64,000 bases of DNA, taken from positions 32,001 to 96,000 of the IMG/VR virus record IMGVR_UViG_3300021364_003460; one strand, written 5' to 3'. The translations under genes and the position numbers were made by a program. This document shows positions 44,478 to 52,513 of this stretch, piece after piece. The DNA is from a virus. The first letter of the stretch is position 1. Each line of letters begins with the position of its first letter. Under the pieces are notes generated by a model, which saw only the letters and a program-made list of their open reading frames with translations, was not told where the DNA came from and ran no database searches.

Positions 44478-44669
44478 GTTATAAACAACTTATATTAAAG
44501 ATACAAGCAAACTTCTACAGTAAACTCCAAGAAAAACCTAACTGGAGTAGTGTGGGCTAGACTTTATGATGACTTTGTAGGCACAGTTAATATAGATTCT
44601 AAAACATACATTAATCTCTATGGACAAGTAGTTTGTAACTTTGTTAACAGATTTGAGAGAGTACAATGA
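44474..44669 (+). pseudogene. small gene frameshifted in an A5 run
   Basis: ATGA overlaps at both ends; removing one A at 44532-36 gives ...QENLTGVVWARLYDD...FERVQ*. Confidence 0.55.
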
Positions 44670-44977
44670 TTGACTTAACTAAAATCAAACACCTAGACAT
44701 CTATAGTGATTTATATTATGAACTTCAACTAGACCTAATTGAACTTAATAGAAAACTTCCTTTATTCAATTGGGTAGTAGATAATGAGTATACTAGGTTA
44801 CTAAGAATTAATGCTACTAATACAAGTAAAGATATAAGATTCTATTGGGATGAGGCTGCTAATATTATCTGCACTGTAGATAACTTTGAAGTGGCAGCTA
44901 ACTGTACAATGCAAGAAACTATTAGTGAACTTAAAGATTACTTAGTAGAGCAATGGATAATCAAATTAGAAAACTAA
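44666..44977 (+). CDS. hypothetical protein
   Basis: 103-aa ORF. Confidence 0.55.
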   Translation: MIDLTKIKHLDIYSDLYYELQLDLIELNRKLPLFNWVVDNEYTRLLRINATNTSKDIRFYWDEAANIICTVDNFEVAANCTMQETISELKDYLVEQWIIKLEN

Positions 44978-45483
44978 TTAGAGATAACAAAGTTGGGATC
45001 ATTATATCAGATAGCAAATGGTATACTTCTCATGGAGTAGAACAACTACTTTTCTTACCTGAACTTATAGAAACCTTAGAGTCTGAAGAATATAACAATA
45101 CTTTAAGCGAGTTAAATAAAATAGAAAAACAGGTTAGTGAACTTAAGTTTTATCTAAACAGTACAGGCAATAAATCTCCAGATAAAGTTTTACAACGCAC
45201 TAATAAGCTGAGTAAAGCTATCATAAAGAAATCAGAAGTAGAGTTAACTCTTTATACCTTAATCAAAAAAGCCCTACTAAGTTATCCCTTAATTACAGAT
45301 GATCCAGAAGACAACGTTTACTATGTAAGGTATGCAGAAAAAAATATATACATACCTCTGGGTTTAAAAGTAAAGTGGGTTAGTTTAAATACTTACTTTA
45401 GGGTAATTTATGACTGTGAATATAATGATGAGGAATATTTAGAAATCTTTGACCCTAATGAGTGGATGAAAGTAGAAGAATGA
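44953..45483 (+). CDS. hypothetical phage protein, paralogue of 2957..3424
   Basis: Shared N-terminal block and a W..F.I/V.Y C-terminal block. Confidence 0.65.
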   Translation: MDNQIRKLIRDNKVGIIISDSKWYTSHGVEQLLFLPELIETLESEEYNNTLSELNKIEKQVSELKFYLNSTGNKSPDKVLQRTNKLSKAIIKKSEVELTLYTLIKKALLSYPLITDDPEDNVYYVRYAEKNIYIPLGLKVKWVSLNTYFRVIYDCEYNDEEYLEIFDPNEWMKVEE

Positions 45484-45989
45484 ACTTAATAGCTTGTATA
45501 TCTTTAAATCATTGTATAGGTAAAGAAGGTAAATTAGCTGTCAGAATCCCAGAAGACTTAAAGAGATTCAAGAAGTTAACTACAGGTAACATTGTAGTAA
45601 TGGGAGCTAACACTTTCTTTGGTGATTTAAAAGGGGAGCCTTTACCTAATAGAATTAATATAGTATTAACTACAAGAACTAATGATATAGATTACAAGTT
45701 TACTTTACCTACCAACCTTTACTTTGTAGACTCTATTTCCTCTTTAAATAATTTACTTGGTACTTTTGATAAAACTAAAGAGGTTTTTATCATAGGGGGT
45801 TCACTACTGTATGAACAGTTTGTAAAGTTAGTAGATATTATGTATATTACTCATACTAACTCTATAGTAAAAGATGGTGATAGTTTCTTTAATGTAGACT
45901 GGTCTAGATGGAATGTAGAAGAAGTAGAGTTTGCTGATAGCTGCACCTTTGTAAAATATGTTAAAAAGAACAAAAATATATATACATAA
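45480..45989 (+). CDS. folA: dihydrofolate reductase
   Basis: IG.EGKL...IPEDLKRFKKLTTG..VVMG..TF, PLPNR.NIVLT, FIIGG..LY, DGDSFF. Confidence 0.95.
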   Translation: MNLIACISLNHCIGKEGKLAVRIPEDLKRFKKLTTGNIVVMGANTFFGDLKGEPLPNRINIVLTTRTNDIDYKFTLPTNLYFVDSISSLNNLLGTFDKTKEVFIIGGSLLYEQFVKLVDIMYITHTNSIVKDGDSFFNVDWSRWNVEEVEFADSCTFVKYVKKNKNIYT

Positions 45990-46487
45990 ATGTGGAATAA
46001 ACAAGAAGAAGCTTTAGAGTTATTAGGTGAATTAGGTAAGATTGAGTTAAACCCTACTTCTAAAGTTTATATATTAAAACAAAACATAGGTAAAGTTAAT
46101 TTACCAACTATTCCTGTTGACTTTGCTTATCTATTATTTACTTCAGATAACATTCTTAAGGCTGGTAAGTTAATAGTCTACTTTGAGAAGACAGAGTTAA
46201 ATGCTAACTTAACCTTAGATTATCAATGTTATCTAAGTGAAAAAGCATTAACCCCTGCTACCTTTCCTAAGCTTTATGCAAGTCTTAAAGAAGACTTAAA
46301 GTATTTAAAGTCTTTGATGGAAGAGTATAGAGAGTATGCAGAAAAGTTATTAACAGAAATGATGTCTACTTCCAAAAAAGGTAGTAAGAATGAAGCTACT
46401 AAAACTGAAGTAGATAGATTGGATGCGGTTAGAAAAAGTCTAGAGAATTTAGATATACTTAAAGAGGAAGATAATAATGAAAATTAA
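45990..46487 (+). CDS. hypothetical protein
   Basis: 165-aa ORF. Confidence 0.6.
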   Translation: MWNKQEEALELLGELGKIELNPTSKVYILKQNIGKVNLPTIPVDFAYLLFTSDNILKAGKLIVYFEKTELNANLTLDYQCYLSEKALTPATFPKLYASLKEDLKYLKSLMEEYREYAEKLLTEMMSTSKKGSKNEATKTEVDRLDAVRKSLENLDILKEEDNNEN

Positions 46488-47607
46488 AGTAAATGCTGCT
46501 ACCTGGAAAACAGCAGTTACAAAAGCTAACTCACTGGCAGGTAAAGTATCAGGTAATCCTAATGAATCTTGTGTACAAATTAATATTAAAGAGAATGATA
46601 GTTATTTGTATGTAGTAGAAGCCGGAGTTCACAATACTAAAATTAACTTAACTGATATTGAGATTATTGAAGAAGGTAATTGCTACATTCAAGTTAACTC
46701 TCTATCTAACTTAACTAAAGCTTTGTTTAGTAAAGAGTTGATTATAGAAGCTAATAATAATAAACTAATTTATCATGTAGAGGGGTTAGGAGCTAACAGT
46801 GAGCCTATCTTTCACAATCAAAGTCCCTTTCATGGAATGGTGTTTGCCGCAGAAGATTACAGTTTAGTAGCTGAAGGTGAAACTACATTTAGTAAACTAT
46901 TAAAAAATAACATTAAACATTTTATTGATGACTTAGATAAGAATACTAAAACTTCTATTAATGTAGTTTTAAATGGAGAGTCCTCTGTTATCTCTGGAGA
47001 TGCTTCTTTGTCAGGAGGATTAGTGTACACTTTTACTTCTGAATTAGAAGGTAGTTTTTCTATTAAGACTTCCCTACTAAAAAGTATGTCTTTTATATTA
47101 GAAGATTTAGATAGCTTTAAATTAGAAAAGGGTAATACCACTATTAAAATATCTTCTAGTAAAGGTGAATCTATTCTTACTATTAGTAAAGTTAATGAAA
47201 CATCTCTTAACTATAGAATCAAATCCTTTACTGATACAGAAGACAGTTTAGCTATGGTTAAATCAGAAGAATTATCTAATGCAGTTAGGTGGCAGTCCTA
47301 TAATGCTGAGGATGGTAACTGCATTAGTATTCAATCTCAAGAAGATAAATTATTGATTAAAGGTGATAAGACTGAAGAGGCATCTAGCTTAGAATACAAT
47401 GAGTCTTCTCCCTTCAACTTAATTAAACTAACAGCAGATGGGTTTACTAAAGCTGTAGCTACCTTACCTAAAGATAATGTAGCCACTCTCAAAACTACAT
47501 TGACTGAGATTGTTGGTAGAGATCCTATTAAAAGCATTCTTGTTATCCATGAAACTGATGACTACACAAGTACAGCTTACCTTAGTGAACCAATGCTATT
47601 AAGCTAA
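46477..47607 (+). CDS. dnaN: DNA polymerase III beta-type sliding clamp, divergent
   Basis: 376 aa; N-terminus MKIKVN...W..AV..A..L resembles DnaN; apparent three-domain repeat; dnaX nearby. Confidence 0.6.
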   Translation: MKIKVNAATWKTAVTKANSLAGKVSGNPNESCVQINIKENDSYLYVVEAGVHNTKINLTDIEIIEEGNCYIQVNSLSNLTKALFSKELIIEANNNKLIYHVEGLGANSEPIFHNQSPFHGMVFAAEDYSLVAEGETTFSKLLKNNIKHFIDDLDKNTKTSINVVLNGESSVISGDASLSGGLVYTFTSELEGSFSIKTSLLKSMSFILEDLDSFKLEKGNTTIKISSSKGESILTISKVNETSLNYRIKSFTDTEDSLAMVKSEELSNAVRWQSYNAEDGNCISIQSQEDKLLIKGDKTEEASSLEYNESSPFNLIKLTADGFTKAVATLPKDNVATLKTTLTEIVGRDPIKSILVIHETDDYTSTAYLSEPMLLS

Positions 47608-47615
47608 CTTTCTAT

Positions 47616-47630
47616 GGGAGTCTAACTCCC
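47616..47630 (+). terminator. short GC-rich hairpin
   Basis: GGGAGT-CTA-ACTCCC. Confidence 0.4.
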
Positions 47631-47666
47631 TCTCAGTAAACATTTATTTTAAAAAGAGAAAGATAC

Positions 47667-48356
47667 ATGAAAACTACATTAACTTGGACTGCTGCTTCTA
47701 ACTGCCCTGCTAATCAGTTAACTCAAATTGAACCTAATAGATTTGCTATTATTGCACCTTATTCTACTTATATTAAATCACTATCAGACTCAGATAACTA
47801 TACTTGGGAAGATGGAGAGTTACTAACTAACTTAGACAGCTATTCTCTAATGGGACCTATTCAAGTTCAACAAGGTATCAGATTGGTTAACAAATATCTA
47901 GTTAAGTTCACTGATTCTGCAAGAAGAGAATTAGTTAAATACTTTAATCAAGCTGGCTTTATACAGTTTACTGAAGTTCCTGAAGGTTTCCTACTATCTA
48001 ATAATGTAGACATTAAACAGGTAGAAAAGTTAGATGGTGTTAATGCTGTTGAATCAGTAGCTATGGTGCAAAGAAGAAAGTATAAACCTACTTTAATCAA
48101 TACAGGAGTATTTATTGATAAATTACCTTGGCATCTGCTCAACCAACCAGCTAGTTTTAATCCTTTTAAACTAGCTAGTGATAGAGTAGTAATAAGCTCT
48201 ATAGGTGAATTACAGATTGCTTTGTATCCAACTAATGAAGCTGATTATAGTATTGTAAGAGAAGGTGAAATAATAGCAGAACTAATGTTATTTACTAATA
48301 ACAAAGAAGTTAAGCTAGTTAGAAAAGATAATAATATTACTGCTAATGCTATATAG
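47667..48356 (+). CDS. hypothetical protein
   Basis: 229-aa ORF. Confidence 0.6.
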   Translation: MKTTLTWTAASNCPANQLTQIEPNRFAIIAPYSTYIKSLSDSDNYTWEDGELLTNLDSYSLMGPIQVQQGIRLVNKYLVKFTDSARRELVKYFNQAGFIQFTEVPEGFLLSNNVDIKQVEKLDGVNAVESVAMVQRRKYKPTLINTGVFIDKLPWHLLNQPASFNPFKLASDRVVISSIGELQIALYPTNEADYSIVREGEIIAELMLFTNNKEVKLVRKDNNITANAI

Positions 48357-49119
48357 ATTTGAAGTAGATAAAAAGTGTAATAAATGTACACTTAATTGCA
48401 AAGAGGGAACTGTTAGTGGACAATCTAAAGTTCCCTTTTCTAATGTTAAGTTAATAGTAGTATCAGCTTACCCAGGGAATAGAGAATACAAAACTCAAAT
48501 GTCTCTGGCTAGTAATCCAGATAGAAGAGGAATACCTAACTCTAATAAGTCTCCTGTAGGTGCAGGGGAATTCTTAAGGTTCTGTATGAAGATAATAGAT
48601 AGAGAGCTACCTCAAGAGTACAGACCTATAGAAGACTTTACTTACTTTACTAATGCTATTAAATGCACTCCGCAGCATGGTAAAGATAAGATTACTGTAA
48701 CTGAAAGACATATTAAAACTTGCAGAGATAGTTGGTTACTTAAAGAACTAGATATGTTTCCTCCTAAAGTACCTATCTTTGCTTGTGCTAGTGAAGCAGT
48801 AAAAGGCTTGTTAGGTACTAAAGAATCTCTCTATAACAACAGAAATAAAGTTAACTACTACAAAGAACACCCTGTTATTGTTTCTACTAACCCAGTTGAT
48901 TGGGAAAAATATGTTATGAAATATGTTTCTGACATAGAGGAAAGCAGACAGTATGTAACTAAGCTAATGAAAACATCTTCTTTTAGTAAATATAAAAAGA
49001 AGATAGATGAAGTTATTGGAGTTAAGAAATGGGAAGCTTTACCAGGCAGCCCACTTTACTTTGTTAAACAAGACTTCAAATTAGTAACACAAGAAATTAT
49101 TAAATATATAAATAACTAA
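48346..49119 (+). CDS. uracil-DNA glycosylase family 4-like protein (Fe-S), degenerate motifs
   Basis: C..C.L.C, VSAYPG..E (cf. GEAPG..E), G.AGE.L, TNAIKC.P, I..C...L..EL, STNP (cf. TYHP). Confidence 0.7.
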   Translation: MLYRFEVDKKCNKCTLNCKEGTVSGQSKVPFSNVKLIVVSAYPGNREYKTQMSLASNPDRRGIPNSNKSPVGAGEFLRFCMKIIDRELPQEYRPIEDFTYFTNAIKCTPQHGKDKITVTERHIKTCRDSWLLKELDMFPPKVPIFACASEAVKGLLGTKESLYNNRNKVNYYKEHPVIVSTNPVDWEKYVMKYVSDIEESRQYVTKLMKTSSFSKYKKKIDEVIGVKKWEALPGSPLYFVKQDFKLVTQEIIKYINN

Positions 49120-49131
49120 AAGGAGAAATAT

Positions 49132-50049
49132 ATGTCAGCATTACCTAAAAGACCTCAAACAGTAGATGACTTAACAGAGAGCGAAGCTTATTCTCTTGTT
49201 AAATACAATTGGTATGATTTGCAAAATAAAGTTAATAAAAATATAACTGATAAAAAAGATAAAATTAAAGATATTGAAGAACTTAGAAGAGTTAACGTAA
49301 TAGGCTTACTGTTAGGAATAAAAGCTCCTGCTTGGAAAGAGAATGAACTATATAAACTTATTCAAGGTCAATGGGATTACTTCTCTTCTATTGGAACAGT
49401 AAAAGACTTTACTTACTTACTAAGTTATAAAGCTATTGTTTATTTATTGAGATTATATGGTTACTCTCTAAAAACAAATTATGATCAGATATATTCTGTT
49501 AAAAGAGTAAAGTCAACTAGCTTTAAATATACAGAAGAACAATCCTTAGATATTCTTAAACTTAATAAAGAGAAATTAGAGGAGTCTAGTGGAGTTTCTA
49601 TTTATGAATTAAAGAATACTACTAACCTTACTAAAGCTCTCAAGACTAACCAAACTTACTTATATAGAACTCTTAAAGAAAACCTTGCTGAGTTAGAACT
49701 ATTGGGTTGCTCTAAAACTACCACTTATAATTTAACTTATAGAGGTGTAGTATTCTTATTGCTTAATGCTAAGTATCCTTTAGATTTAGATATTGAGAAG
49801 CAGCCTACAACTAAAGTAGTATATCTAAAATCAAAACAGGTTACTTCTGTAGTAGAATCAACTGTAAATACTAAACCTAACACTGAACAGATTAAAACCT
49901 TCCTCAAAAAAGCTGTTGAGGATAAGAAAGCTAAAGCTCTGGCTGACATAAAGAAAGCTAAAGATAGTAAATTAGAATTACAGATTGTTAATGATGCTTT
50001 GTGGCATATTGAGCAAGCTGAAGAATTACTACAAGAGGTTAATGTGTAA
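49132..50049 (+). CDS. hypothetical protein
   Basis: 305-aa ORF with AGGAG RBS; internal repeat LSYKAIVYLL / LTYRGVVFLL. Confidence 0.6.
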   Translation: MSALPKRPQTVDDLTESEAYSLVKYNWYDLQNKVNKNITDKKDKIKDIEELRRVNVIGLLLGIKAPAWKENELYKLIQGQWDYFSSIGTVKDFTYLLSYKAIVYLLRLYGYSLKTNYDQIYSVKRVKSTSFKYTEEQSLDILKLNKEKLEESSGVSIYELKNTTNLTKALKTNQTYLYRTLKENLAELELLGCSKTTTYNLTYRGVVFLLLNAKYPLDLDIEKQPTTKVVYLKSKQVTSVVESTVNTKPNTEQIKTFLKKAVEDKKAKALADIKKAKDSKLELQIVNDALWHIEQAEELLQEVNV

Positions 50050-50258
50050 TGCACGTTAGATTACAAAGAGCTATTAATGAGGCTATAGAAGAGTTAACTA
50101 TTTGTGAAGAAACTTATTACTCTGCTAGTAAACTTAAAATTGACAGAAAGTTAGCTGAAAAGATATTAGCAGAATGGATAAGTACCTTTCTTTGTAAGTA
50201 TTATTTACAAACAGTAGAGTTAAAATTAATACCTAAAGTTTTATTAGTGATGTTTTAG
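50049..50258 (+). CDS. hypothetical protein
   Basis: 69-aa ORF. Confidence 0.5.
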   Translation: MHVRLQRAINEAIEELTICEETYYSASKLKIDRKLAEKILAEWISTFLCKYYLQTVELKLIPKVLLVMF

Positions 50259-50307
50259 ATAATACAGATCCTTATACGGAAGAAATAGTTAAAGAACAGT
50301 TAGGTTT

Positions 50308-50742
50308 ATGATACATATATTTAGTAGTGAATTTAAAGTAGATATTTTAGATGAAGTTGCTTTAACTATTCTTATAGAAGATAAGTGTAGATTAAAGTTA
50401 CATAAAACAGATAAAGGTAAATATTACTTTACTGGAGATAGTGAAGGCTGGTTAACTACAGTTCCTATTCTCAAACAAGATGCAGATAACTTAGGAATAG
50501 AAAACTACACTTTATTAGATGACTTTAATCCAACTAATCATTCTTTAGTAGAAGTGCTTTTCTTTGATGTAATATGCGCCTTATTAATTAAAAATAGCTG
50601 TATGACCTATTTTGAAGTAGATATAGATTCTCTTCAAACATGGACAACTAGAGTTTGGTCAGAGCCAGAAAATGAAATAACATGTTGTACATCAAAAAAA
50701 GAGGATTTATTTGATGCTATATATAATTCTTATAATAAATGA
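50308..50742 (+). CDS. hypothetical protein
   Basis: 144-aa ORF. Confidence 0.55.
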   Translation: MIHIFSSEFKVDILDEVALTILIEDKCRLKLHKTDKGKYYFTGDSEGWLTTVPILKQDADNLGIENYTLLDDFNPTNHSLVEVLFFDVICALLIKNSCMTYFEVDIDSLQTWTTRVWSEPENEITCCTSKKEDLFDAIYNSYNK

Positions 50743-51008
50743 AAACTAATATTCAAGAAAACTTACAAAAGGTTAAGTCTATTGTTAGGTATCTTATTGA
50801 AAGAGATATTAAAGGAGACTTAATCTCAATAGCTAACTTTATGATTGCTAACAAGAAAGATATACAAGGTAAAGAGTTGTTGGCTTTGACTGCTTTACTA
50901 GCTATTGATGATGCCAAAGAAGGTAAGCCTACTAGTAAAAATGAAAGTTATATGTTTCTATATAACATTGCTAGAGAAGTGTTAAGTGAAACAGTGGAGG
51001 TTAAATGA
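50739..51008 (+). CDS. hypothetical protein
   Basis: 89-aa ORF. Confidence 0.55.
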   Translation: MKTNIQENLQKVKSIVRYLIERDIKGDLISIANFMIANKKDIQGKELLALTALLAIDDAKEGKPTSKNESYMFLYNIAREVLSETVEVK

Positions 51009-51178
51009 ATGCAGAAAAGTTAGCTGAGAAGTTGGCTAATGAAAACAGACCTAGATTCTTTAGAGATTACTTAACTCAAGGAGAAGGAGGTCCAGTTGAT
51101 GTTATTAAAAATGTTATATCTAAAAACTTACATAGTCAGTTAGGTAATTTAGGTATATTTGGTAATAGTGGTACAGGT
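51005..51178 (+). CDS. dnaX: clamp loader ATPase (DnaX gamma/tau-like), exon 1
   Basis: LA.ENRP..F.D...Q; ends FGNSGTG, which joins KSALA of exon 2 to form Walker A. Confidence 0.9.
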
Positions 51179-51221
51179 AGATTAAACAGTTACCTACAAA
51201 ATTAAGTAACTAATATAGTCT

Positions 51222-51255
51222 CATAATAATTACTCAATAAATAGTAATTATTATG
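51222..51255 (+). promoter_or_regulatory. hairpin sequestering the endonuclease start codon
   Basis: CATAATAATTAC/GTAATTATTATG perfect 12-bp stem whose 3' arm ends with ATG 51253-55. Confidence 0.65.
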
Positions 51256-52257
51256 AATAGAAAAGTAAATATTGAAGAACTATTAGGTTTGTGGAATAAA
51301 GGACTTACTAGAGAACAAATTGCTAAAATTTTAAAAGTACATGTAGCTACAGTAAGTAAACATTTAAATTCTAAATTAGATTATATAGAGAGAAGACATT
51401 CTAAAGATAAACTTATTCATCTAGATATGAATAAAGTTAAAGAGTTAAGAGAAAAAGGTTACACAAGTAAAGAAATAGAAACAGAACTAAATATTTCTGA
51501 TAGTTGTTTGTATTTAGCAGGGATGTCAAAATTTCCTTTTAAAAGAAAAGGAATACACACTTACTCAAAAGATTTAGAATTCTTTAATAAAATAGACTCT
51601 TCTGAAAAAGCATATATAATTGGATTTTTACTTACTGATGGTTCAATAAATAAAAGAGGAAATATATCAATAGAAATTAAATCAGAAGATGATTATATTC
51701 TACAAAGTATAAGAGATTTAATCTGCCCTAATAAACCTATACCTAAATCTATCAGAACAAGAACAAGAGGAAAATACACTTGGACTTCTGAAACAAGTAG
51801 ATTAAATATAAAATCTGTAGAGTATATTCAACCCCTATCTAATTTTGGTATTGTACCTAATAAAACTTACAAAGACATACAATTACCAAAATTAGATGAA
51901 AAATATATGCCTGATTTAATAAGAGGTATATTTGATGGAGATGGTTCTATCTGGTCAAATAAAACAAGAAATAGAGGGCATGCTGTTAACTTTACAGGCA
52001 ATTATGTTTTACTAAAAGATATTTTTGATTACTTAAAATCTAACAATATTATAAAAGCCAATACTTCTGTAAAGAAAAAACCTCATCAGGCTGATTCCTA
52101 TTTTGTTTTCTCTTCAAAGAAAGATGTAATTAACTTTGGTAAATATATTTATTCCACAAATTGTTCTTTATATCTAAAAAGAAAATACTTAAAATTTGTA
52201 GATGCAGGTTTGCCTGTTAACTCCATGAATTGCTGGGATAACTTGAAGGCTAGTTAA
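51253..52257 (+). CDS. intron-encoded LAGLIDADG homing endonuclease with N-terminal HTH repeats
   Basis: KAYIIGFLLTDG and LIRGIFDGDG; same family as 37500..38381. Confidence 0.92.
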   Translation: MNRKVNIEELLGLWNKGLTREQIAKILKVHVATVSKHLNSKLDYIERRHSKDKLIHLDMNKVKELREKGYTSKEIETELNISDSCLYLAGMSKFPFKRKGIHTYSKDLEFFNKIDSSEKAYIIGFLLTDGSINKRGNISIEIKSEDDYILQSIRDLICPNKPIPKSIRTRTRGKYTWTSETSRLNIKSVEYIQPLSNFGIVPNKTYKDIQLPKLDEKYMPDLIRGIFDGDGSIWSNKTRNRGHAVNFTGNYVLLKDIFDYLKSNNIIKANTSVKKKPHQADSYFVFSSKKDVINFGKYIYSTNCSLYLKRKYLKFVDAGLPVNSMNCWDNLKAS

Positions 52258-52513
52258 CTACAACATAATCTGTAAAGGTAAGTGTGAATGTTTGAAAATA
52301 ACTAGTTATAAGTCAATCAGCAGCCAAGCTGCCAAGGAATTGGTAGAAGGTTCAACGCATAGTACAAGGAGTCCCAACACTTAATATGTAAGTAGTGGAT
52401 GGTAAAGTACCAAGAGTGTGGAGATTTACTTTAAAAAGTAAATAAGATATATGCTGAACTACTAGGTGACTAGTAGAACTAAAAGATAAAAAGCTTTTAG
52501 GATAACATAATTG

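Larger units (their letters stand above)
51179..52513 (+). mobile_element. group I self-splicing intron (1335 nt) with an endonuclease ORF in loop L1
   Basis: Exon ends in U, intron ends in G; IGS GCCTGT 52212-17 pairs exon ACAGGT with a U.G wobble; P10 GGTTT/AAATC; P3 CTCCAT/GTGGAG; P4 TGCTGG/TCAGCA; P7 GCATA/TATGC; P8; P9 with GTGA loop. Confidence 0.92.

Noticed and set aside
51005-51205. 66-aa stand-alone protein, and a TTG-started 357-aa protein at 52511
   Set aside because: They are dnaX exons; the TTG is the intron end with its terminal G
51211-51221. AATATAGTC as the intron P7' strand
   Set aside because: It lies upstream of the IGS and has no GACTA partner; the real P7 is GCATA/TATGC at 52357/52450
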